From Chromera velia (taxonomy: Eukaryota), in NCBI GenBank assembly GCA_018398765.1, contig JAHBMJ010000402.1, positions 1-49,874 of the forward strand: DNA of 49,874 nt, read 5' to 3'. A model generated the notes under the pieces. It was not told the origin of the DNA. It did not search any database and worked only from the letters and a program-made list of their open reading frames with translations. This document shows, in pieces, positions 1 to 12,674 of this stretch (the first letter of the stretch is position 1; every line of letters starts with the position of its first letter). Made by a program: the position numbers and the translations under genes.

Positions 1-52
1 ACTCATCGAAAGAAATACAAAAACGGATCCACACCGACAGACAAAAACTGAC

Positions 53-1395
53 GCACGATTGCCTCCTGCGCTGTCCTCGGGATCAGGTTCATCAGCATTG
101 CCGCCTCGTAGTCATTCAACTTCCTCCCGTCAGCTGAGATCTCGTAGTTCACAAGCCGGCTGCAGAGAGGGACAGAGAGGCAACTGTGCTGGGTCCGTAT
201 TTTCCTCTCTAGCTTCGATCCTGCCTGATACATGCATGTGAAATCGATGACGTGAAAAAAAAAAAAAACGACGGACTGCTTTGCGTCCTTCCCACCTTTA
301 CAGGCTGGCGGGGAGGCAGATAGGGAGGCAGATAGGGAGACTCAAAGACAATTAATTGTTCTATAGGGTGAACGACTGGATTCTATAGCTCCCTTCCTCT
401 CTTCCTCTCTTCCTTCCTCCGTCACTCACTCACTCACTCACTCACTCTCTCCAACACTCATTCACTTACTCACTCACTCACTCACTCACTCACTTACTTC
501 ACTCACTCACTCACTCACTCACTCACTCAGAGAGTATTCACTCACTCACTGACTCTCTCAGCTGTTTGAGGGTCATGGAGTTCCGAAATTTCTGAAATTC
601 CTCCGTGTACTTTTTGTACAGGCGAAACATCCTGCAGACAGTGCGAAGGCCCAGAAAAGCGAAAACGAATTGAAAGACGCCACCTTGCATGCATGCATGG
701 ATAATCAATCCAACAGCAAAGGTGGTCGACTGACTGGCACTCTTTTCTTGCAAGTTCGGAGGGCAACCAGGAGACGCCCGTCTAGTCCAGGGAAAGAAGA
801 AATCAATTGACGCACGCGAAATTTGGGTGCGTGCTTGCGTGCGTCAGGAGACGGCCGTCCACTCCAGGGAAAGAAGAAATCAGAAAGAGAGGAGTGGGCG
901 TGAAATCGCGGACAGAGAACGAACAGGAGGCTCCGTGCGCAAATACTTACACAGACAGCAGGGAACCAGCAAAGAGAAACCTAGGTCCAAGAGGCGCCTA
1001 CATGCACCCATATGCTGACTCTCACTGTGCTGCAACTAGTAGTCTCCAAACTGGACGAGGAGCAAATCTTAATTCCCAACTGAAAAGTAACTCGGACAAC
1101 CCCCCCTTCCCCCTATCTCTTCTCAATGTGCAGAGAAACAAAACGCACTCACTCACTCACTCACTGACTCAGCGTTCTTTTCGGCGACCGGAGAGACTTT
1201 CTGCCGTTCTTCCATGATCACGAACGCTTCACTCAAACTCACACAACGGAGCCCTTCCAGATCCTCCTCCTCTGCAACCACTCACGTGGCCACGCACACA
1301 CACGAAAACACTCACGCACACACACACACACACATACACACAGAGAGAGAGAGAGAGGGAGAGAGAGAGAGAGAGAGAGGGAGACAGAGAGAGAA

Positions 1396-1438
<43 letters not shown>

Positions 1439-2264
1439 CGGACGGGAGGGCAGATACAGAACCCAAAGAACAGGGAGAGAAGTGCCCCGCCCTCTCTGTG
1501 AGTGTCACGAAACAGACGGACACGGCCGCTCTCTTCAACACACGCACAAAAAAACAAACAAACGAACAAACGAACAAACAAACAAACCAACAAACAAACA
1601 AACGAACAAACAAACGAACAAACAAACAAACGAACACACGCACAAAAAAACAAACAAACAAACGAACAAACAAACAAACGAACGAACAAACAAACAAACA
1701 AACAAACACACGCACAAAAAAACAAACAAACGAACAAACAAACAAACAAACAAAAAAACAAAAAAACAAACAAACGAACAAACAAACGAACAAACAAACA
1801 AACCAACAAACAAACAAACGAACAAACAAACAAACGAACAAACAAACAAACGAACACACGCACAAAAAAACAAACAAACGAACAAACAAACAAACGAACG
1901 AACAAACAAACAAACAAACAAACAAACAAACAAAAAACCAACCAACCAACCAAACAAACAAACGAACAAACAAACAAACACACGCACAAAAAAACAAACA
2001 AACGAACAAACAAACAAACAAAAAAACAAACAAACAAACAAACGAACAAACAAACAAACAAACAAACAAACAAACGAACAAACAAACAAACAAAGAGCAG
2101 GCAGATAGGGAGGGAGAGACCAAGAGAAAGACCGACAGAGCGAAACGAAGGACCAATGAAGAAAAATCACAAAGGAGCGAGTGATTATCAGCCCAGACAG
2201 ACAGACCTGCGTGTCCCTGGTCTCCTCCGAAGTCGTCCCCTATTCTGTCTCCGTCGTCTTCCAT
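53..2264 (-). CDS. RPB4: RNA polymerase II subunit RPB4 (POLR2D) family; four exons visible (2207-2264, 1169-1271, 554-631, ~53-159), 3' end lies beyond the left edge
   Basis: GT-AG exons join in phase to give MEDDGDRIGDDFGGDQGHAEEEDLEGLRCVSLSEAFVIMEERQK...EMFRLYKKYTEEFQKFRNSMTLKQLRDRLVNYEISADGRKLNDYEAAMLMNLIPRTAQEAI. This matches the Rpb4 motifs (C-x-x-x-SE, Y-xxx-F-x-x-F, L-xx-[FY]E-x-A-x-L-x-NL-x-P-x-T-x-x-EA). The Pol III paralog RPC9/RPC17 cannot be fully excluded. Confidence 0.78.
807..846 (+). mobile_element. 40-bp hairpin micro-element (family A) inside a ~38-bp direct duplication
   Basis: TTGACGCACGCGAAATTTGGGTGCGTGCTTGCGTGCGTCA, flanked by CAGGAGACG.CCGTC.A.TCCAGGGAAAGAAGAAATCA at 768-805 and 845-882. 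Confidence 0.6.
1537..2094. repeat. Degenerate (AAAC)n/(GTTT)n microsatellite array with recurring ACACACGCACAAAAAAAC punctuation, RPB4 intron 1
   Basis: Directly visible; it is the source of the spurious FVCL/TNKQ ORFs. Confidence 0.95.
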
Positions 2265-4081
2265 CTTCTCTCCTCTTCTCTTTTCCTTCTTTCCCTTCTT
2301 GTTCTCCTCACGTTCTCTTCTTCTGCTTCCTCAGCGTCTCGTTGAGCAAAAGGACTCTGCACCCGTTGCGTTGCGATCCGTTACCTTGAGGGGACACGTA
2401 CCAAAAAAAGAAGAAGTGTCAACCCTTATTTACTGCTCATGGCAGGTTAGGACGCAGAAAGGCCTGCTGACCGACCCACCCTCTCTCTTGCTGCACATTT
2501 CCGTCCGTCCGTGTGCTTTCCAAGATGTATGACTGTCTGCCGAATTCACTCACCGAAAGGCACTTTTTCTCGCAGATGGAATTTACTGCTTTACAGCCGG
2601 ACAATCAGAGTCGACTGAGGAATTGCTCCTCAGACTGACTCAAAACTAGAAGAAGCAAAAGGTTCGGAGGCAAGGAGGTTGTTGCAAGGAAGGGGAGGAG
2701 TGATTACTTTCCAATCGATTTGATGAGAGTCCGCCCTGACGGAGAGACGGGCTGACTGATAACAGATCACACTGCGCACACAAAAAAAGACATTTGACTG
2801 TTTTGTCAGACCCACCGGCCCCACAAACCTCAGCCTCTAGCTTCTCTTCTCCTGCCGTCTCTGCCCAAGTCTCAGTCAGAGTCTCCTCCCAGCCGCACAA
2901 TGTGGTCAGACTGTGAAGTGGCTCCCGTCCAATGATTGGCCAAGACTGTCCGGAAAGAGTTGGGAGAGCAAAAAGAGTGCCGTCTCAGGTCAAGTTTTTT
3001 TCTTGCAAGGAAGAGGGTTGCCGTCTCCTCCTCCAGCAGAGTCGGAATCCTCTGTTCAAGAAGCTCTGCCGTGAGACGGGGTCAAGGGTCAGTCACTTTT
3101 GTTACCCATGCTTAGAATTACTCGGATCTGTCACTGCACTCGATTAAGAAAACTCCTAGCTTGCGTCGTTGAAGCCTTCGCGCGTGGAGAGTGAAAGAAA
3201 GCCGGATTTTTGTGGCTCTGACGCACGCGCCGCCGTGCGAACACTGGGAAGGAGCTCTCGGCCGCAAAAATTAAGTGCCCACGTACAACGCTTTCGGGCC
3301 CAAATTCCGGGGCCGTGCTCCCGCGTCTCTGCTCTTCACCACGCGCTGAGGCTGTTCGTGCCGCAAAAATTGATTTGGAGCTCGGAGGAATCAGTCCCCG
3401 GCCGGCCTTCTGTCGATCCGCAGAGCTCTCCTCTCTCCTCTGCCACTGACAGAAGTGGTAGTGCTGCAGGTCTATTTTTCTCTACATCTTTGTGTCTGTG
3501 TGAAGACAGCCTTTGAACTGTTTCAAGTGTAGAAGGCAAAACAAGACTCCCATTTCGCACGCACCCAGTCAGACGGACAAGACAGACTGTGCACGTGAGA
3601 GATTCGAGGAAAAGTAACCAGAGGAGGTGAACGGGGTGAACACAGACGGAGAAATCCAGAGCCCTTGAAGGAATCAAGAGGTCTCTCAGAAGGTTTCCTG
3701 CTTCTGGCGGTGCTTACTTCCTCCGGTTGTCCGTTCTGAGGACTCCTTCACCGGTGCGCTGATCTTCTTTTGGGGGGGGCGGGAAGGGTGCACGACAGGA
3801 AAAAGGAGTGGGGGCAGGCCGTCGACCCCTTCCCTTTCCTTTTCGTTCCTCTCTCTGCCTTCACTCCTTCCTTCGTTCGTTTTTATTGGGACTGTTGGTC
3901 TCCTTTCTGGTCTCTCTGTTCCCCCTCCCCTCCTTTGTGAGGAGACGAGACGGTAACTTGTGACTGACCATTTGACTGACTGTTCTTTCCGTTCCCCCCC
4001 CAGGAAGAAAAGTGAAACAGGTCCAGGCCCAAGCGTCTGACCAGAGCACATATACAGAAGAAGACAGAGGAAGAAACAGAA

Positions 4082-5873
4082 ATGGCTTCGTCGGATTCCG
4101 AATCGTCCGACGGAGACTTCGACCCTTCGGCTGCTGAGGCTGCTGAAGCTGCTGCTGCCGTTGGGACGGCCAAGAGAACTCTCTCGGCGGGTGGCGGGTC
4201 GGGGTCTGAGGCAGAGGACTCTGAGGGGGAGAGGGAGGGTGAGGGGAAGGGGAAGAAGAGGCGGACTGGAGGGTCGTCGGATGGGGGAGGCAGTGGGGGA
4301 GAGAGCGAAGGCGAAGGGGAGGATGCAGGAGGGGGTGGAGACGGAGACAGCAGTGGAGGATCTGACGAGGGGGGCGCGGGGGGATCTGATGAGGAGGAAG
4401 AGGGAGAGGGAGAGGGGGGGGACGAGGATGAGGAGGGTGGGGCAGCAGCAGCTGCTGCTTCGAGTAGTAGTCGCGCGGCTTCGTCCTCTAAACGGTCGAA
4501 GAGCGGGAGGGAGAAGAAGAAGGAGAAGAAAAAGAAGAAGGACAAGAAGGTTCGGAAGTCAAGTATGAAGAAGAAAGGCAGCACTACGAAGAAGAAGAAG
4601 GGAAGGGCACGGGTAGAAAGGTTTTTGGATGTGGAGGCCGCTGAGGATTCTGAAGCAGACGACGAAGACTTTTTGGATGACGACGATGACGTTGTGGACG
4701 CCCGAGAACGAAGAGAGGCGGCTAGACATGCACAGGAAAGCGGTCTGTCTGCCTCTCTTTTCTATTCTTATTTGATGCTTCTTTCTTGCACAGCGTGTGA
4801 GGCGGCAATGATTCGCCTCTCTTTTTTCAACAGGCGTGCACGCACAAACGGTGAACTGTGTCGGGTGCTTTCTTTTCCTTAGCTCTCACCCCCGGTCTCT
4901 CCTTTTTCCTTATTTTTCTCGTTCTTCCTTTCCCACCTGTCATCCTTCAAAGTTTCCTTTTGTCCCCATGCTTTTATCCGTCTGTTACTGTCCCTCTTGT
5001 GTCGGTTCTCCTTTTCTCCTTTTCCCTCCTCACTCTTACTCCCTGATAACACACGGAGGGAGGGAAGAGCAGTAGAGACTGACGCACGCAACGAAGGCTG
5101 TCAACCAACGTTTGTTTGTCTTGTCTGCCTCACTGCTGTCCATCCATTCGAATGAAATTCCCCGATCCTCTTTCAGTTGACGCACGCAAGGACGCATCGA
5201 AACTTGCGTGCGTCAATGGAATTCCCCGATCCTCTTTCAGTTGACGCACGCAAGGACGCATCTAAACTTGCGTGCGTCAATGGAATTCCCCGGTCCTCTT
5301 TCACAATCAATTGTCCGGCTCCTTTTTTTTGTCTCTCTGATAGGAAGGACGCTGCCGTTCGAATGCTTTCTTGCCGTACCCGCCTTCCTGCCTGTCTGCC
5401 TGCGTGTGTGTGCGTGTGTGTGTGTTTGGACGATTGTTTTTTATCTTTCAGAGCGCCTCGCGCCCCACCGTGATTACTTCAACACGGTGATGAAGGACCT
5501 GTGCGTGTGTGTGTGTTTGGACGATTGTTTTTTATCTTTCAGAGCGCCTCGCGCCCCACCGTGATTACTTCAACACGGTGATGAAGGACCTGGAGGAGAG
5601 AGCCCACAGAGAGGGGGAGGACGACGACGTGATCGACCCCTTTGCTGAGGACCCTTACGATGACTACCCAGAGGACTATGTGGACGATGAGGAAGGTCGG
5701 TTCGTTTTTCTCGGTCTGTCTATTTGGTCTGTCTGTCTGTCTGTGTCTGTCCGTCTGTCTGTCCATTTGTCATGAAGAAATGAGGGAGAAGAAGAAGCAT
5801 TTGGTCTGTCTCTTAGTCTGTCTGTACATGAAGAAAGGAAAGGAGAATAAGAAACATAGAGTCTGTCTGTGTG

Positions 5874-5909
<36 letters not shown>

Positions 5910-6127
5910 TTCTTGTCTTGAGTGGAAGCAGCAGAGGAGTAGCGTGTGAAACCAGTGATCACGTGAAAGTCTGTCGGGAGGTGGAGAGGCAAGGGGCGCT
6001 TAACTTTCACCTTTCGGGCCCCCTGCCCACGCTGTTTAATTGTTGGTGCTGTTCTTTTGTCTTTGTTCTTTCTGTCTTTTTGTCTGTTGTGTTCATGAAG
6101 AAAAGAAGGGAGAAGAAGAAACATATA

Positions 6128-6167
<40 letters not shown>

Positions 6168-8594
6168 TGCCTGAGTGTTGGCGCTTCTTTGATTGTCCGA
6201 ATGAGATGCGTCTTGTTCTAGCTATTGACGCACGCAAAAATTCTGATGCGTTCTTGCGTGCGTCAGTTGGCGCTTTCTTTGATTGTCCGAATGAGATGCG
6301 TCTTGTTGAACTGTTTTTCTGAAAGGAACAGGAAGGGGGAAAAAAGATTTGTCTCTCTCTGTTTGTCTATGGAGTCTGCGTGTCTCTGTGGTTGACCTCT
6401 GTCAATCTCTGTGTGTTCCTTCCTGTTGGAAGGACCCCTCTCTGCTCTGCGAGACAAGCTGTTGGAAGGCGCGGGTGCTTTTCGTTTTTCGTCCCTGGGA
6501 TTTTTTTTTGCACGCGCGTTTTCCACGCATAGACAGATGCATTCATTGTGTACAGACGCGTATGACGGTATATTCATACGTTCTTCCCGTTCATGCACGT
6601 GCCTGCTTATTGGGTGTAAGTGGGCCTGCCTGCTTAATCCCACAAATGCGCCTTCATTCGTTTCCTTCCGATACCTCCCCCCCCCCTTCCCTCCCAATTG
6701 GCTGACTGACTGACTGACTGACTGACTGACTGACAGGTTTTGACCCAGAGTTGCTGCGCCACCAGCCCCACGACCCGAAGACCCGATTTATGCATTTATT
6801 CAAATAAATTCAAAAAAAAATGCAAATAAATTCAAATAAATCCAAACTGGTTTTGACCCAGAGTTGCTGCGCCACCAGCCCCACGACCCGAAGACCCGAT
6901 TTATGCGTTTATTCAAACAAATTAAAAAAAAATGCAAAGAAATTCAAATAAATCCAAACAGGTTTTGACCCAGAGTTGCTGCGCCACCAGCCCCACGACC
7001 CGAAGACCTGGCAGGTGAACGTGAAGGCCAACAAGGAGAGGGAGATCTGCCTCTCTCTCATCAATAAAACCATCGATAGAAGGTGAGTGACCTGCCTCTC
7101 TCTCACCAACAAAACCATCGACAGAAAGTGAGTGAGTCAGTGAGTACAGTGAGTAGTCTGAAGAGAAACGAGGGGTAGACATCACCTTTTTCTTCCTGTC
7201 CAACCAAGACATGCACCTTGCACTGCACCTGACACGCACAATCAAATCATCTGTACTGCCAAAAAAAGCTCTCGCGGGCGACAGGGTGAGGACACACACA
7301 CACACATACGCGCGCGTTCGTGCGCTTGGACATGTATGTGCGCCGCACACACGCGAATACACTAACGAACGAACGTGCAACACGCAACTGCAGGCAACAA
7401 GGCATCGACCTTCAGATCAAGACCGCCTTCACGATTGACACCTTGAAAGGATCCCTCTATGTAGAGGCGCACACACCGCAGCACGTGCAGAATGCATTGG
7501 TTCGTCCGTCCGTCCGTCTGTGGGTTTGTTCATTCGTTCGACTTTCTTTTGTGAATGGCTTTCTTTTTCTTCTGCCTTGATGATGGTGATGGAAGTCGGT
7601 CTGTCTTCCTTTCCTTTCCTTTCTTTTCTACGTTGCCTTCCTCTTGCTTTCTCCTTCTTGCTTGACTTGCAAGGTCCATTCTCCCCCGCTTGCCATTCCA
7701 ACTGACTGACTACCCATCTGCTTGCTTGTCTGGGTGGTTGTGTGTATCTGTGTGCCTGCATGTCTGCCTGCCTGCAGCAAGGCATCGACGGCGTCATCAT
7801 CACCTACACATACACATACACATACAGATACAGATACACATACAGATACATATACATTATGTGTGCCTGCCTGCCTGCAGCAAGGCATCGACGGCGTCAT
7901 CGTCACATACACATACAGAAACACATACAGATACATATACATATACATATACAGATACATATACAGATACATATACATTCTGTGTGCCTGCCTGCCTGCC
8001 TGCCTGCCTGCAGCAAGGCATCGACGGCGTCATCATCACCCCGAAAAAGCCCGTCAGGATGGTGCCTCCCAACCAGATCGCTCAGCTGTTCAGAATGGCT
8101 GGGTCATCCAGAATCAAACCGGTGAGTTCATTTCCTTTCATACAGAAGTCACACTTGAAAAAGAAAGTAAACGCAGGCAGGGTCATTCAGAATCAAACCG
8201 GTGAGTTAGTGAGGGGGGGAGTGCAGCGAGAACCTCAGAAGCACAGGCAGAGAACAAACACAGCAGAGAAGAGAAGAGAAGTGGGTGCAAAAAGAATGGC
8301 TGGCGGGCTCATATAGGACATAGATAGCCGGGCTGACGGGCCGATGCACGCGCAGGTGACGGAGAGCAGATTCACTCTTTGCTGAATATGTTTTTTTTTT
8401 TTTTTCATGCGTTAGAAAGATCGGGAGCGCACAATGCTCTTCTATTCTTTTCGGCGCGCAGAAAGTGCGGTTGTTTTTCTCTTCTGTCAATCTACGTGTG
8501 CGTGTGTGTGTGTGCGTGTGCGTGTATGTGTGTTGATTCAGGTGAAGCCCAAAGATATTGTGCGGATCAAAAGAGGGGTCATATGGGGGGGGCA

Positions 8595-8629
<35 letters not shown>

Positions 8630-9208
8630 TGCAACACTGAATCAGGTGAAGCCCAAAGATATTGTGCGGATCAAAAGAGGGGTCTATGGAGGCGATCTCG
8701 CCCAGGTCGGTCAGAGGTACCGCCGTCTTCTTTTCAGAAAGGAATGAACGGAAAAGACTGTGCACGCCTTTGAGTCTGTCTAATTTTATCTCCCTGCATG
8801 CATCGGCTGTATATTCGGTATGCTGGCTGACCTGCATAGGAAAGCAGATTCTTTCGTCAGATCGGCATCCAGGCGCTGTGTTGTCTTCCTTTCTGTCTGC
8901 ATTCTGTCTTGTTTTTTTGGTGCCGCTCTGTCCCCGGAGCGATCGATGAATCCTCTGTTTGGGGCGGGTTTCTGCCGGTCTGTCTATGCTCACATGAGAT
9001 GACAAAATAGGATTGCCTGTCTGTCCGCAAGCACAAGAAAGACTGAAGCCTTGTCACGTCTTCTTCTCTTCCATCCATCGTTCCTTCCTTCCTTTTCCCA
9101 TATGGATTTTCCTTTCTTCCTTCGCAGGTCTTCGCCGTTCACGAGGGGACAAATCGGGTCACGGTGAAGCTCAAGCCCCGCATCGATTGGGCTGAATTGG
9201 CCAGACAG

Positions 9209-9244
<36 letters not shown>

Positions 9245-9478
9245 ATGTTTGTCTGCAAGAGAAAGAAGGAAACTGTGATTTTGAATTGTTTCTGTCAATC
9301 CGGGGGGCCCGCAAGGGAGGAGGATGGAAGACCATGACGGGGGGGAAAACTAATTGTTTCAGGTATGCAAGAAACAGAAAGGAAGAAGCTGCTTGCTTGT
9401 TCAGGTTGCTGCTTTACTGTAACTGTTTCATCGTAACGAGAGAAACCAGAAGGAAGGCTTCTCACTCTCCTCTCCCTC

Positions 9479-9562
<84 letters not shown>

Positions 9563-12500
9563 GAAGAAGAACGGCACATGACGAAGGAGGAGAGGGCAGA
9601 GAGGAAGAAGGAAAGAGGCGAAAAGGGGTCGAGAGCTTCGAGTTCCTCCCGGCCTCTTGCACGTTTCTTCGGGGGGGAAGCTGAGGCAGAGAGGCACGGG
9701 GTCCCTTTGGACAGAGTGGCCCGGGTCCATGACGCCCAGCTGCAGGTGGGTGCATCTGTATTCCTTTTCTGTGTAAAAAAAATTCTGTATGAAAAAGCAA
9801 GGCACGGGGTCCCTTTGGACAGAGTCCATGGTGGGTAGGTCGTCTGACGCACGAAAAAATTTGGATGCGTCCTTGCGTGCGTCAATTGACCCACAGGTGC
9901 AGGTGGGTGGGTGGGTAGGTCGTCCCGGTCTGACGTCAGTTCGGAGGGTGACGTGTCGACGCGAATGTTCTGTCTTTTTCATGCCGCGTCTCTTTCCTTC
10001 CTTCTCTCTTCATTGCCTTCCGCCAAAGGGCAAAAAAGAGACGGGGCGCTCTTTTTTTTTTTCGGGCAAGGAAGAAGAACCGTTTTTTACATTTGTCCTT
10101 GTCCCTCTCTGCACTGCATAGCACATGTTTCTCTTCCTATTTATTTGCACAGACAGACAGACAGACAGACAGAGACATGCCACCGTCGCGATTCTTTCTG
10201 CGTCTTTGCCTGTCTGTGTCCCGCCCCCCCCTCCAAATTCTGTCTCTGTGTGGTCGTCTTCTGTGCAGGTCACAGTCCTCAGAGTCGGACCTGAAAAATT
10301 TTTGGACTCAGGGTCGGTTTTTTTCTTTCTTCTCCTTTCTTTTGGGGGGGGAAGAGGCCAGGCAGGACGGAACTTTTGGGGGGGGGGGATCGAGGCGAGG
10401 GGGCCTACATATGTCTGGAGCTTCGCAGGAAGGGCGAATGGTTGTTTTGTCCTTGCTCTGTCTTTTTGAAGAGCTTTCACCCCATTAACGGACTTGAGAG
10501 AGAAGAGTTTTTGGAATTCGATTGACAACCTGTAGCCTGTAAGGGGGTTGCCTGGTTTGAGCGTCTCTGCACAAATTGCTGAACGGTCCGTGGAAGGAAT
10601 GCGGTCGGGCCTGCCTCTGAGAAAATGTACCTGCAGCAATTTTTACTTTCATACAGGATATGCTTATATACATACAGATGCGAAAAAAAAAAATGCTGAA
10701 CGGTCCGTGGAAGGAATGCGGTCGGGCCTGCCTCTCATACAGAATTCTGTACGTAAAAAAAAAAAAGAAACGCGTAAAAAAAAAAAAATGCTGAACGGTC
10801 CGTGGAAGGAATGCGGTCGGGCCTGCCTCCCTCTCTCTCCCTTCCTTCCTTCCTTTTTTGCCGCAGGTATGTTTTGAAGCGGGTGTCGATGGCCCAGCTG
10901 TACACGGGAGAGAACGTCAAGCCGACAATGACCGAAATGAACGACTTCAAGGTGGGTGTGTGTGCGTGTATTCAGTTGAATGAAAGAGTGGGGGAGAGGA
11001 GACGTAAACGTTTTCTTTGAAGTCAGAGGACGTAGACTGGATCCAGCACACAAACTGTGTTGTCGCAAGTCATTCATGAAACTGATCTCCTGAAGGGAAG
11101 GAAGGAACGGTGGGAGTCAAAAGAGTGTTTGATTTGAGCACTTGGGGGCTCACTCGTTGGTGGTGCTTCGGGCGTGCCTCTTCCTCTGTGTTTCTTTCCC
11201 TCTTTTCCCTACGTGCAAGCAAGTAGACGAATCAACGCCTTCCTTCAACTGAGGATCGATCAATTCAGCCTTTCGATTCATTCCTCCAACTGCATCTGTT
11301 GATGTACATGTTCTTGCTGCTTGCTTGTGTGTGTATGTGTGGTTAACCGCAGAAGGACGGGGACAAAGACGATGACGAGGAAGAGGCTGGACTTGTGAGT
11401 GGGTGGGTGGGTGGGAGGGTGTCTCCTTCTCTCTCTCTCTTTCTTTTGTTTTTTACCCTGTAACTCTCTGTGTGTCTCTCTCGTGCTTCTTCCTTTTCTT
11501 CGCTCGGCTGTCTCATGTCCTTTCGCTGTCGGTTGTCTTCCTGAAAGACTGAACAATTATTTATTTGTATTAATACATTCTGTATGAAAATAAAAAAATA
11601 GATAAATGCTGTAATGCATGGCAATTGTCTTCCTCAAAGACTGAACAATTAACTGATTGAAGGACGGACAGAAAACTGAGGGAGGGTTTGATTGATGGTC
11701 AGACAAGCCAGACAAATGGCTCTCCCTCTCTCTTGTGCCTTTCTTTATGAAAAACCAATTCCGAAGTAACTTTCTTCTCTTCTCTTCTCTTCTTGCGAGA
11801 CGCATGCATGAACAACCAGAATCACGACGACCAGAATTGCTTCTGTACAGACATCCATCTAATGAATCACCCAACAGACACACAAATGAAGGAATGAATG
11901 TCCTCTCTCTCCTCTTTCCTTCTTCCTTCCTTTTCCACCATGCACCTGACGGGGGACAAACAGGGGAATTATGTATGTATGTATAATTAATATGTATGTA
12001 TGTATGTGTCGGTACGTGTATTCCTTCTTCCCTTTCCACCATGCACCTGACGGGGGACAAACAGGATCGCATGGCCAACCTGACGATGAAGAGCGCCAGC
12101 AAGGGGGCGTCGGAATTCGCCATTGGCGACAAGGTGAAGGTTCCGTCGGGCGCCCTGCAGGTACCTAAGCGAGGGGAGGGGGGGGGCCTTCCATCTCATC
12201 TCTTTTCTCCTCTCAGTGGGCCTCTATCCCCTTTTTTGATCCGAAGCGAAAGGCATCCCTTACTGCTTTCTGTCTCCGTGTGTAGAGCTCTCTATCTGTC
12301 TCCAACGAGACGGCCGCACTGTCCCCTTTTTTTGATTCCTCATGATTATTTTTTTTCTTTTTGCCTTCAATTGTCGGAAGCATAGTTAGTCTCCTTTCTC
12401 TTCCGTACTTTCGTACCCCAAGAGTCCATTCCAGCGCTCCATCTGAAAAAAAAAAGCGAACCTCAAAACGTCATCTGGAGGCAAAAAATAAAAAGAGCAA

Positions 12501-12631
12501 ACTCATCTGTTCTTTGTCTTTCTGTCTCTTTCTTCCATTTCTTCTTCTTCGTGGCAGAACCTGACGGGGCTTGTGACCTCCATCGAGGGCCCGTCTTTCT
12601 CTCTATCTATATATGTATGTATATGTATATG

Positions 12632-12674
<43 letters not shown>

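Noticed and set aside
1239..2389. Long ORFs of 200-340 aa on both strands
   Set aside because: They are translations of the stop-free (AAAC)n array; only 2207-2264 and the RPB4 exon ending at 1271 are coding.
3883..4584. 233-aa Pro/Ser-rich minus-strand ORF
   Set aside because: Antisense shadow of the low-complexity SPT5 exon 1.
5153..5303. Palindromic repeats alternating with spacers (mini-CRISPR)
   Set aside because: The 'spacers' are copies of one 24-bp flank, so this is a duplicated insertion site.
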